Under the pieces are notes generated by a model, which had not been told where the DNA came from, searched no databases, and saw nothing but the letters and a program-made list of their open reading frames with translations. From IMG/VR virus record IMGVR_UViG_3300038701_001282, positions 3,939-67,938 of that record: a DNA stretch of 64,000 nt; one strand, given 5' to 3'. Shown piece by piece: positions 1 to 8,563 of this stretch (position 1 is its first letter; each line of letters opens with the position of its first letter). The stretch comes from a virus. The translations under genes were made by a program, and so were the position numbers.

Positions 1-30
1 TAAAGTCCTCTATACAATCTATGATACTGT

Positions 31-357
31 TTATTTGCATTTTGGCTCCGACTCTAGTTCCTCTACAAGACTCATTAAGGTTACCTTTGCTGATTCTGGT
101 TTATCTTCCTTTATTGATTCCAGAGCTTTCTTCACCTTATCTCTCACATTGTCTTCTTTCTTAAGTATTATCCAAGGATATGCACCATCCTCAGATCCTG
201 CTATACATGGTAAACAATCTCTAGTGTATGTGCAGTAATCTAGGTATACCTCGCCAGGCATAGGGCAACGATACTCGGCGAATTGAGAGTATCCAGGTAT
301 TTTTTCAGTAAGTTTTATTTGCATATTATTTCCTCTTATAGTAGCAATGTGACCCAA
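31..357 (-). CDS. hypothetical protein
   Basis: 108-aa ORF in a tightly packed leftward run; no recognised motif. Confidence 0.55.
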   Translation of the reverse strand: MGHIATIRGNNMQIKLTEKIPGYSQFAEYRCPMPGEVYLDYCTYTRDCLPCIAGSEDGAYPWIILKKEDNVRDKVKKALESIKEDKPESAKVTLMSLVEELESEPKCK

Positions 358-778
358 TACTTAGGGTAGGTGTTGTATTGTCCATCCAGGTTCTGTATAT
401 GGTACATTTAGTATAGTACAAAGATCCCATAGTGAAGTCACTAATTTCCTCAGAATCTACTTTTCTTGCTAGTTCTGCTACTCTTAAGTATTCAGCTACA
501 TCTTCATCTCTTATGAAATCTTCTCTGTCATCACATTTGAAACTGAAATGGCAAGCCCAAGGTTTACTTGGGTCATTGGAGGGTTGGCTTACTACATCAC
601 AGGCAGTATTCTTAAATTCTGTGGTTGTATCTTGTACTCTGTTCTTGATTACAAGTGCAACACCCAACATACCTTCATCTCCATCTACAGATGCCTCATT
701 AATCATGGCATCTGTTACACAGAAAAGTTCCATACCTAACTTTAATATCAGTGCTGTGGTGTTGCTATCTAAACTCAT
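326..778 (-). CDS. SleB-like cell wall hydrolase (Hydrolase_2 family)
   Basis: EASVDGDEGMLGVALVIKNRV with catalytic Glu, DVVSQP..HFSF, and C-terminal IGSHCYY match the SleB/CwlJ catalytic domain pattern. Confidence 0.8.
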   Translation of the reverse strand: MSLDSNTTALILKLGMELFCVTDAMINEASVDGDEGMLGVALVIKNRVQDTTTEFKNTACDVVSQPSNDPSKPWACHFSFKCDDREDFIRDEDVAEYLRVAELARKVDSEEISDFTMGSLYYTKCTIYRTWMDNTTPTLSIGSHCYYKRK

Positions 779-780
779 AT

Positions 781-1272
781 CTATGCCCAGGGACAGTTGC
801 TTCTTAGTACTTCTAGTTCTGCTTTGCAGGTATTATTAAAGTAGTTTTTTGCTTTGTTTATTTTTTCTACGGTATCGCCAGATAGTTGCAGTTGACTTAC
901 TTCTTGTTCTGGTATTGAGTCTACAACTTTTCTGATGCCCTCTCTCATAGTTTTAGCTTTGTTAAGACTCTCAGTTATTGTGTAGATTTCACTACGAAAA
1001 AGGTCACTTTCAGAAGTAGCTCTGAGCTGAGCAACGTAACCAAAAAGATCGTTACTAATCTTTTTATTTGGGCACTCTGCAGACACTATACTATTAGTGT
1101 TATCTAGGGAGTAAATCACACTTTGCTTTACACTATTATACTTGGAAATCAAGTCTTCAAAGTCTTTAATACGGTATTCAGCCATCTTCTTCAAATGATT
1201 CAAATCAAAAATAAATTGGCTGATACAGGTTTTACCTGTAATTGTCGATACTACATCATAATTCGTTTGCAT
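781..1272 (-). CDS. hypothetical helical protein
   Basis: 163-aa ORF, operon-packed. Confidence 0.6.
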   Translation of the reverse strand: MQTNYDVVSTITGKTCISQFIFDLNHLKKMAEYRIKDFEDLISKYNSVKQSVIYSLDNTNSIVSAECPNKKISNDLFGYVAQLRATSESDLFRSEIYTITESLNKAKTMREGIRKVVDSIPEQEVSQLQLSGDTVEKINKAKNYFNNTCKAELEVLRSNCPWA

Positions 1273-1465
1273 GGTTTATGTCACTCTCCTCTTTAATTGA
1301 TTTATCTACTGAGTACTCACTAACTAGTCTTCTGGCTTTCTTAATACAAGATGTGCATATTTGTACATCTCCGATACTAACATAAGCGGAGACCTTAGAT
1401 CCACACTCATGGCACACTGTGCACAACCCCTCCATATTCACTATATGCATGATCACTCGCTCCAC
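1256..1465 (-). CDS. small Cys-rich hypothetical protein
   Basis: CHECG...CTSC possible zinc ribbon; overlaps neighbours. Confidence 0.5.
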   Translation of the reverse strand: MERVIMHIVNMEGLCTVCHECGSKVSAYVSIGDVQICTSCIKKARRLVSEYSVDKSIKEESDINHANEL

Positions 1466-1710
1466 ACATCATTAGCTGATTGGTTAATAAGTGACTTCAT
1501 ACGTTGCTTAAGCAATTCATAAGCTTCTTTGTCATTTATCTCGTAGTATAGTTCAGGCCAAGGTAGGATAGTAGAAGGAAGATAGTTGTTAACAACAAAC
1601 TCACCAAATCGCATGAACTTAGTATCTGAAGTCTTTCTAGTCCAATAGTCTCTCCAGTACGCTTCTATGTTGTCCAGAATCTCTTCAAATAAAGCTTTTC
1701 TCTTATTCAT
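1453..1710 (-). CDS. hypothetical protein
   Basis: 85-aa ORF, first gene after leftward promoter. Confidence 0.55.
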   Translation of the reverse strand: MNKRKALFEEILDNIEAYWRDYWTRKTSDTKFMRFGEFVVNNYLPSTILPWPELYYEINDKEAYELLKQRMKSLINQSANDVWSE

Positions 1711-1758
1711 GTATTATCTCTTGATTGGTGTTATTGTTGTGTTTGTATTGTGTACAAG

Positions 1759-1817
1759 TATAAGTATAGACGAATCCTTGGGGAATAATAAATCTATAAG
1801 TAAACTTATAATAATGA
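1759..1817. repeat. composite intergenic repeat, copy 1 (copy 2 at 39430-39506)
   Basis: TATAAGTA-N3-ACGAATCCTTGG plus identical 30-mer ATAAATCTATAAGTAAACTTATAATAATGA (1788-1817 = 39477-39506). Confidence 0.9.
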
Positions 1818-1865
1818 ATATATAATACTATATAATACTATCACATTTCCTAAAGGAATGTCCTT

Positions 1866-1893
1866 ATTATATCACAGTTTTTCAATTTTGCAA
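1866..1893 (-). promoter_or_regulatory. sigma70-like promoter (leftward)
   Basis: minus strand TTGCAA-16nt-TATAAT with TG extended -10. Confidence 0.55.
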
Positions 1894-1944
1894 GTATTAT
1901 TTTTATACTGATTATTTATAATAAGGACAAACTATATAACTAAA

Positions 1945-3375
1945 TTAGAATACTACACTATTACCGTCTGAGTCCACATAAGTAAACAAGTCATTCCAAA
2001 CAAAGGTTAAAATATTACCATAATTGTCTCGGATACTTGGGTGGATCATCTCTGGGATGTCATATGTAATTGGTGGCATCTCTTGGTAGATTACCATATA
2101 ACTTACAATTGCAGCAAGGAAGTAAGTATTAGGTGTACCGTGAGGAGCGCTATCTTCATACAATTCAGCCACAGGAATATCTGAAAGAATACCTGAGTAT
2201 AATTTAGACAGCACTGGCGCTACTGGAATCATCTTGAAGGGGACAAATGGATAATCCTCACGAGACTCTTCATATGCAGCTAACCACCAATCATGTGCAC
2301 TTCCTAGTACTAGGTCATGGTATGCATTAAACTCGCCCTCAGAGATAGGGAATGAATTAGAAACATAACCCATATCACTCCAGCTCTCGTATAGATAGAA
2401 CACTTGTCCAGACTGATTTTGATCTGACCAAATCATAGCATCTACGACTCTAGATACAACACTTGGCTCTCCGTAGAATATATCATCTGGATACACATCA
2501 AGACCAAAGTTCAAGACAGTCATCATTGTACTGGTGAATCCAACACCAGAATATAATGTATCTTCTGCCCAAGGACTTACAAGACCATCCCAACCCCATT
2601 GAGGAGATGGAGGAATCATAGGCATAAAACCATACTGACCTGACATCAAGTAACTCTTATCTTCAGATGCTCCAGCAAACTCTGTTAACCAATGAGGAGT
2701 TGTAGTGTATGGATGATCTTGAGTCTGGTATTCATGATTGATTAGACTATGACCAAAAATATACTGAACCTCATCTTGAGGTAAGTTACAAATAGGACTG
2801 AATTTATCTACTGCAACAGGGGATGGAGTGGCAGTAGGAGTAGGCTCAGGCGTCTCTGTAGGCTCTGGAGTGGGCGTTGGAGTCTCCGTCGGTACTGGGG
2901 TAGCAGTAGGCGTAGGAGTTGCCGTAGCGGTTGGTACAGGAGTTCCTGTGGGTGTTGGAGTTGGTGTGCCATCAGATCCGTACACATTTAGTGTTACCCA
3001 TGCCCAGGCCATATTGTCCCAAGAGTTATGAGGTAAGTTAGGATCATCAATGATAGTCATCATAAATCCACCAGTACCCGTAAAATCAGAGTCTGGTACA
3101 ACAACTACTGTATCTCCTTCGATATATACAGAAGTAACCCCTTGCCAGTCATCCACTACAATAATACTTAAGTAGCAAGATGGGTCTGGATATTGTGGGT
3201 CACAATCAGCATCAGTTGATCCTCCCAATAAGTTACTGAATGGGATAGCAATATCAGTATCATTAAAGATATTGAATGTGCTTTCAGGAACTATAGGAGG
3301 AGCGGCAACTGTAGATGTCATAGCACCGAATACCATAGCTAATGTTAAAGTTACACTTTTAAGTAATGATCGCAT
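1945..3375 (-). CDS. secreted modular protein: signal peptide, cadherin/Ig-like domain, Pro/Thr linker, SGNH-like hydrolase domain
   Basis: N-terminal MRSLLKSVTLTLAMVFGAMTSTVAA signal; VVVPDSDFTGTGGF cadherin-like motif; (TP)n linker; FGHSL...DSAPHG motifs. Confidence 0.75.
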   Translation of the reverse strand: MRSLLKSVTLTLAMVFGAMTSTVAAPPIVPESTFNIFNDTDIAIPFSNLLGGSTDADCDPQYPDPSCYLSIIVVDDWQGVTSVYIEGDTVVVVPDSDFTGTGGFMMTIIDDPNLPHNSWDNMAWAWVTLNVYGSDGTPTPTPTGTPVPTATATPTPTATPVPTETPTPTPEPTETPEPTPTATPSPVAVDKFSPICNLPQDEVQYIFGHSLINHEYQTQDHPYTTTPHWLTEFAGASEDKSYLMSGQYGFMPMIPPSPQWGWDGLVSPWAEDTLYSGVGFTSTMMTVLNFGLDVYPDDIFYGEPSVVSRVVDAMIWSDQNQSGQVFYLYESWSDMGYVSNSFPISEGEFNAYHDLVLGSAHDWWLAAYEESREDYPFVPFKMIPVAPVLSKLYSGILSDIPVAELYEDSAPHGTPNTYFLAAIVSYMVIYQEMPPITYDIPEMIHPSIRDNYGNILTFVWNDLFTYVDSDGNSVVF

Positions 3376-3481
3376 TATATCTCCTTTTAGTGGTTTATTG
3401 CGATGTTTGTTTGTGCTACTTAATTGTTGCTCATTATTACATCATCACTGAGTGAGCAAGCTCAGATTTCAGCACTACTGC

Positions 3482-3709
3482 CTAGATTCTTACACGTTCT
3501 TCACATTCTATCATGAAGCCGTTGATATCTTGCTCTGCTATGAAGATTAACTCTGAGTACTGGAAATACCAATACCCGCCAAAACACACAGACACTTCAG
3601 CCTCTTCGTAGTTGGTATACTTAATGGCTTCCTCGGGTAAGGAAGAACATCCTACAACTAGAGCAGTCAGTAGGACGGATATCACATTAATAGGCAATTT
3701 ATTGTTCAT
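3482..3709 (-). CDS. putative small lipoprotein
   Basis: hydrophobic stretch ending in lipobox-like LVVGC. Confidence 0.5.
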   Translation of the reverse strand: MNNKLPINVISVLLTALVVGCSSLPEEAIKYTNYEEAEVSVCFGGYWYFQYSELIFIAEQDINGFMIECEERVRI

Positions 3710-4562
3710 TGTTTCCTCCTATATGTATGAATCTTGGTAAGATATTATACTCGTCATTCACTAGTTCACCTGGATATCCTACAGGGTTAGTTACAATCTT
3801 GCAACCCATAATTTCACAATCAACCTTATCGTGCGTATGTCCATAAATCCAATAAGTAGGTACTGAAAAAAGCGCTTCTGGCACCTTCGGTGTAAAGTAG
3901 GAGGAGAAGTTACTAGGCCCTCTGTATGGGGCAGCACACATCGGAGACGGAGGAAAGTGAGTTACAACAATCGTCTCTCCTTCAAAGTCTTCTACATCAT
4001 AATTACATTCTAGAGTGTCCTCGATAAATAGCAAGGACTCATTAAATAAAAATTGCATAGTATTTGCAGACATGGAGGTATTACTGGAATCATTTGTTCT
4101 TATCAACCTGAAATCAGATATGCCTGACTCGCAAGCAGCCATGTCTACTGGGTGGTTATTGAAATCTGTCCACAAAGTACTGCCAATTATCCTTACATGG
4201 TTGCCCCTAGAATCAACAAATATCTCATAGTCGTTATCTAATATATGAAGATTATCAAGTTTTCTGTACATCTGAAATTGATGAACATCTGCTATGAAGT
4301 TTAGAATATCTTTACCATAAAACTCGTGATTACCTAATACAAATACTACCTTCCAATACTCATCACAAAGGTTTGCCAGGTATGGGTACAACAAACTCTC
4401 CTCAGAGCAGATATCACCTGCCAATACTAGTATGGTTTCAGAATTATCGTCAATTTGGTATGTAGGTGGGTACCACATCCTTTTTGATCTGAACTCGTTA
4501 TGTATGTCTGAATAATACTCAATCTTCAAGGATAACCTCCCCTTTTTCAAGTAAATCTGCAA
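3699..4562 (-). CDS. calcineurin-like metallophosphoesterase
   Basis: SDIH, LAGD, GNHE, VVTHFPP, YGHTH motifs. Confidence 0.9.
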   Translation of the reverse strand: MQIYLKKGRLSLKIEYYSDIHNEFRSKRMWYPPTYQIDDNSETILVLAGDICSEESLLYPYLANLCDEYWKVVFVLGNHEFYGKDILNFIADVHQFQMYRKLDNLHILDNDYEIFVDSRGNHVRIIGSTLWTDFNNHPVDMAACESGISDFRLIRTNDSSNTSMSANTMQFLFNESLLFIEDTLECNYDVEDFEGETIVVTHFPPSPMCAAPYRGPSNFSSYFTPKVPEALFSVPTYWIYGHTHDKVDCEIMGCKIVTNPVGYPGELVNDEYNILPRFIHIGGNNEQ

Positions 4563-4965
4563 TTTGATAGAAAGTTAGTTTGAGTTCATCGTTCCATTCC
4601 ACAGGGGTGTACTCTTCGTTTTCCAATGGCCCTAACTCATCATAAAATATCGCACAAATATCATTCTCTGGTTCACTCTCTCGAAGTACAAGAGGTCTCT
4701 TATCTACTAAATACAGACAAGTAGGTAAATGAAGAGATACCCCAAGATCCTCAGCCCTTTGGATTGTGATATCTCTGTCTAGCTCATTACAGCACTCTTC
4801 CATAACCTGTAGGCAACATGCTGAGTTAGGTATCTCAGGATGAAACATTACCTGGCGTATTTGGGTGTATTTACCACTACGTAAACCCTCTATCCATTTA
4901 AACGTGAACTCTGGGTTATCTGAGAGCAGTTTTTCAGTCAGTCCGGTTAATCTTAACTTTTTCAT
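4519..4965 (-). CDS. conserved phage hypothetical protein
   Basis: WIEGLRSGKY.Q...CCL pattern seen in many phage hypotheticals (recalled). Confidence 0.6.
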   Translation of the reverse strand: MKKLRLTGLTEKLLSDNPEFTFKWIEGLRSGKYTQIRQVMFHPEIPNSACCLQVMEECCNELDRDITIQRAEDLGVSLHLPTCLYLVDKRPLVLRESEPENDICAIFYDELGPLENEEYTPVEWNDELKLTFYQIADLLEKGEVILED

Positions 4966-5171
4966 TATTCTGTTTCCTCTCGCAACAGTGCATAAGATAT
5001 CACAACAGCACCTATAACTCCAGATTTTTCTAACTCCTGTGTGATGCAGAATAACTGGTAAAAGTAAGTAATTTTAGCTTTAGATTTATATTCCATACAA
5101 TCAAACCCTGATGCATGGGAATAAGATATAAAATAAATATATTTCTTTTCTCTCTTTATGAAATTAAACAT
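4965..5171 (-). CDS. hypothetical protein
   Basis: ORF with AGGAGA RBS directly after leftward promoter. Confidence 0.6.
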   Translation of the reverse strand: MFNFIKREKKYIYFISYSHASGFDCMEYKSKAKITYFYQLFCITQELEKSGVIGAVVISYALLREETE

Positions 5172-5195
5172 AATATCTTCTCCTTAGTTTGTTGT

Positions 5196-5223
5196 AGTAT
5201 ACTAAGTTCACAATATGTGTCAA
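5196..5223 (-). promoter_or_regulatory. sigma70-like promoter (leftward)
   Basis: minus strand TTGACA-16nt-TATACT upstream of RBS at a divergence point. Confidence 0.65.
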
Positions 5224-5310
5224 CAGTGTCGTTATAATAATTAATTATTAGACATAAGCTAAACTTCTGTTAGGCTGAACAACATAACTACAAAAAATTC
5301 AGAAAAGGTA

Positions 5311-5523
5311 ATGCCTATGTACGTTTGCAATTGTAATGTTATAAACGAAGAGGAAATAATAGATGCTACGCATAAACTACAATTAATAGAGGATGCTAGC
5401 ATAGGAGTGACCGAAGTGTTACAAGTGTTAGGAGAAAAGGAATTGCAATGTGGTATATGCTACGCTAACATGAAGGTTACAATAGCTCAAGCCAAATCGA
5501 TGTATAACCCTTACAGAGGATGA
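5311..5523 (+). CDS. bfd: bacterioferritin-associated ferredoxin-like (2Fe-2S) protein
   Basis: MYVCNCNVI.....CGIC, the CxC-x31-32-CxxC Bfd pattern. Confidence 0.8.
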   Translation: MPMYVCNCNVINEEEIIDATHKLQLIEDASIGVTEVLQVLGEKELQCGICYANMKVTIAQAKSMYNPYRG

Positions 5524-5524
5524 T

Positions 5525-5998
5525 ATGACTAGAATTAACTGTGTAGAGCCTAAGTACTTACTTGATGAATGGGTAGGCTCTCATGTCCGTGAGGGGCTAA
5601 GACCCTTAAATAACATATTAAAAGGTAAGGACAGTATTGACAAATCCCCTGACGACTGGAAGTTAGGTCAAGGTCATGAGTACTTCTGTCGTAAACATTT
5701 AGTATTTACTATGAGACAATGGTATGCTGCTAAAGCTGAGTGGGTAATACGTGGTGGCCAGGGGTTTGATTTTACTCCTGCTCCTTTTCTTAGTCTTGAT
5801 GAAAAGTATCTTAACGATTACACTCCGACTACCAAAGCTATTCGGTCTAACATTGCCAGATTATGTAGTAGATGGAGAAACAGAGAAAAAACTTTACATT
5901 TTAAAGGCAAACCTATTGACAATGTAAAACAATTCAGACAATATTTAGCTTATCTTAAATTGATGACTGGCGCTTACAAACCAACGAGGAATTGTTAA
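5525..5998 (+). CDS. denV: pyrimidine-dimer DNA glycosylase / T4 endonuclease V
   Basis: MTRIN start with Thr2, Arg3, Arg22, Glu23, Arg26 at T4 DenV positions; LGQGH and DY.P motifs. Confidence 0.9.
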   Translation: MTRINCVEPKYLLDEWVGSHVREGLRPLNNILKGKDSIDKSPDDWKLGQGHEYFCRKHLVFTMRQWYAAKAEWVIRGGQGFDFTPAPFLSLDEKYLNDYTPTTKAIRSNIARLCSRWRNREKTLHFKGKPIDNVKQFRQYLAYLKLMTGAYKPTRNC

Positions 5999-6228
5999 TT
6001 ATGAAATATACTACATTATTATTGATTATTTGTTTATTATGCTCTGCCTGTACTGTGAGAGTTAAAGACACTCAGACAAGTGCAACACTTAGAGCTAATG
6101 TTGTAGCTCCTGTGAACCGACATGAAGCACAATCTATATGTGCTATGGGGTTTGTTAAGTCATATGTTAAAAAGACTGCAGATACTGACCTTAAGGTTAC
6201 ATGTAGGTTCACTAAGGAGATAAAATGA
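5992..6228 (+). CDS. putative lipoprotein
   Basis: LLIICLLCSAC lipobox-like signal. Confidence 0.5.
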   Translation: MLIMKYTTLLLIICLLCSACTVRVKDTQTSATLRANVVAPVNRHEAQSICAMGFVKSYVKKTADTDLKVTCRFTKEIK

Positions 6229-6413
6229 CAGAAGAGGATGTTCTTGATTTTTTAGGGAAGAATAATATAAGTCTGTCAGAATTAACTACTATTGAAACAA
6301 GGTATTTCTATGAGGAATCCTGGACAGTAGAAGTTGTATCACTTACTGGGATCGCTAAGGTTATTGAAGCTGCACAATCACAAAAACATGGAGATAAAAA
6401 TGATAGTACATAA
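6225..6413 (+). CDS. hypothetical protein
   Basis: ATGA overlap and GGAGA RBS. Confidence 0.55.
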   Translation: MTEEDVLDFLGKNNISLSELTTIETRYFYEESWTVEVVSLTGIAKVIEAAQSQKHGDKNDST

Positions 6414-6894
6414 AAAAGGTTGCTTAATAGAAGCATTCAAGAAAGGTGAAGTAGATGCTATAGCTCATGTAGTTAATTGCCAAGGTGTAATGGGGAGTGG
6501 ATTAGCTTTGCAGATTAAGAAGGAGTTTCCTGAAGCATACGAAAGCTATATGATGAAATGTGAAGTGAATTACGATTTAGGATTTGCTACTTGTGAGTTA
6601 CTAGGAGACACCAGTTTGCCATATCCTGACCATTATAAAGTTTACAACATGTTTGCACAAGACTTTTATGGAGTAAAAGATAAGCACCTAAGATACTACT
6701 ACTTAACACGATGTTTATTAAGGATTGGCCAAGATAAGGGAAACTTTACCCCTCCTACTTTTGACCCTAAACTAGGAGTTCCATGCCTGTTAGGCTGTGA
6801 TAGGGCTGGCGGTGATTGGAGCGTAGTGTTAGAGATTCTTCAAGATTTTTCTGACAATTATGGTATTGAAATTTTTATTTACAGTAAAGATTAA
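6400..6894 (+). CDS. macrodomain (ADP-ribose binding/processing) protein
   Basis: KKGCLI...AIAHVVNCQGVMGSGLALQIKKEFP macrodomain motif; start placed at ATG 6400 behind GGAGA rather than ORF-track 6334. Confidence 0.85.
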   Translation: MIVHKKGCLIEAFKKGEVDAIAHVVNCQGVMGSGLALQIKKEFPEAYESYMMKCEVNYDLGFATCELLGDTSLPYPDHYKVYNMFAQDFYGVKDKHLRYYYLTRCLLRIGQDKGNFTPPTFDPKLGVPCLLGCDRAGGDWSVVLEILQDFSDNYGIEIFIYSKD

Positions 6895-6896
6895 AC

Positions 6897-7112
6897 ATGA
6901 AATTAATATTAACTTTGGTAGTGACCTTAGTATTAATAGGATGTGGAAGCAATCCTTATTCATGTCCAGAGAAGAGGCTGTGGCTAATGACTGAATTCTT
7001 AAAAGAATGCACTAAAGAGAAAGATCCAGAAACTTGTGCTGCAACAGCAAAGCAGTTATACTGTGAGGTAATAGACACTAAATCACAACAGGAAGCAAGG
7101 GACTGGAAGTAA
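6897..7112 (+). CDS. putative lipoprotein
   Basis: LVVTLVLIGC lipobox. Confidence 0.55.
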   Translation: MKLILTLVVTLVLIGCGSNPYSCPEKRLWLMTEFLKECTKEKDPETCAATAKQLYCEVIDTKSQQEARDWK

Positions 7113-7120
7113 AAGTTTAT

Positions 7121-7198
7121 GTCCCTATAGCATAATTGGATTAATGCAGGAAATTTCTAATTTTCAGATTGGGGGTTCGAATCCCTCTAGGGACGCCA
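7121..7198 (+). tRNA. tRNA-Arg(TCT)
   Basis: full cloverleaf GTCCCTA/TAGGGAC, D arm GCAT/ATGC, anticodon loop TTTCTAA, T arm TTCGAAT, encoded CCA. Confidence 0.95.
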
Positions 7199-7202
7199 TA
7201 TT

Positions 7203-7754
7203 ATGAAGATACCTAACATAGATAAAAATTGTTTTAAGTTAGACAAGACATTGGGCTATATGTATGCCATAGTACATGGACATCCTCTAGCTAACAAGTC
7301 TGGTAAAGTTTATGAGCACATTTATGTTGTATGCCAAGACATCGAAAGGAGTCTGTTAGACGAGGAATGTGTTCATCACATAGACAGAGATAGAGCTAAC
7401 AATGCCAGGAATAATTTGAAGTTAATGAGTAAGGTAGATCATGCCTTATTGCATGCTAAAGAAGATGGTAAAAGACTTAGAAAGTCCTTGTCATGCCTTG
7501 TATGCGGCAATATATTCTTGGGAGATGAACATAAAAACAAATACTGTTCTACGAGTTGCCAAAGTAAGGCAGCAAGGAAGTTTGATATAAACAAAGACGA
7601 ATTAACAATCATGGTGTGGAGTTTTCCTACTACGCACATAGCCACAATGCTTAGAGTATCCGACAAAGCAATAGAGAAGCGATGTAATAAGTTTGGCATA
7701 ATTAAACCTCCAAGAGGATTTTGGAGTAAACTAAGAGAACTAAGAAGCAATTAA
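7203..7754 (+). CDS. HNH homing endonuclease with Zn-finger and HTH-like tail
   Basis: VYEHIYV...CVHHIDRDRANNARNNLKLMS..DHALLH HNH motif; CLVC...CSTSC. Confidence 0.85.
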   Translation: MKIPNIDKNCFKLDKTLGYMYAIVHGHPLANKSGKVYEHIYVVCQDIERSLLDEECVHHIDRDRANNARNNLKLMSKVDHALLHAKEDGKRLRKSLSCLVCGNIFLGDEHKNKYCSTSCQSKAARKFDINKDELTIMVWSFPTTHIATMLRVSDKAIEKRCNKFGIIKPPRGFWSKLRELRSN

Positions 7755-7769
7755 TGAAAGGCAATAAAC

Positions 7770-7994
7770 ATGAGAAGTCAACAAGAGATAGAAAAACAAA
7801 TGTTATTGGGAATCATAGCACTCGAAGATCATACTTTACTGGAGAAAATAACCGCACGGAGTAAAGAGATTGTAGATAGAATACTGGCTGACATCTCTGA
7901 TGCAAAGGAGGCAGGTCAAGTCGTAGTAGAATACTCAGCTTTAGCTCTTGCAGTGATCGATGTCTCAGCTATCTTAGAAGAGGAGATGGAGTAA
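7770..7994 (+). CDS. hypothetical protein
   Basis: operon-packed ORF with RBS. Confidence 0.55.
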   Translation: MRSQQEIEKQMLLGIIALEDHTLLEKITARSKEIVDRILADISDAKEAGQVVVEYSALALAVIDVSAILEEEME

Positions 7995-8320
7995 TGGCAG
8001 GCAAAGGCAGTAAGAAAAGACCAACACAAATCAGCAAGGAAGAAGAAGATCTTCGTTGGAAATTAGCTTTTGCAAGTGAAGAGAAGAAAGCTGAAATAAA
8101 GAAGCAATTAGATAAGTTTAAGGCTGAAAGATTGGCTAAATCCCATGACAAAGAAAATTAAATGTAAGAAATTAGCTTGCGGTCAAGTTAAACCTCATAT
8201 ATACTTTAGGAATGGTAGGTGGCATACTGTAGGACTGATGAGAAATCCTTTTAAGGCTCCTAATTACGATTTATACAAGAAAGCCAGTAAGCATTCAGAC
8301 AAATTAAATAGGAAATTAAT

Positions 8321-8563
8321 ATGAGCATCACTGAAGCATTTATTCTATTAGGAATACTCTCTGTAGTTACACCAGCAATAGTGTTTCTAATCTGTCCTAT
8401 ACTAATTATAATACTCACAAAAATCATAAAAGGTATTTGTGTGCTAACTTCTATGCTATTAGTTGCCTGGATTTATATTGTTACACTAGGGAGAGGAAAA
8501 AACTTCAGAGTGACCAAATCCCTGAAAAAATTCATAGAGGAGTACGAACCAAATGAGTTATAA
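8321..8563 (+). CDS. membrane protein
   Basis: two hydrophobic segments. Confidence 0.5.
   Translation: MSITEAFILLGILSVVTPAIVFLICPILIIILTKIIKGICVLTSMLLVAWIYIVTLGRGKNFRVTKSLKKFIEEYEPNEL

Noticed and set aside
2828-3031. Plus-strand ORF with VGVG repeats
   Set aside because: Antisense mirror of the Pro/Thr linker in 1945..3375; no RBS
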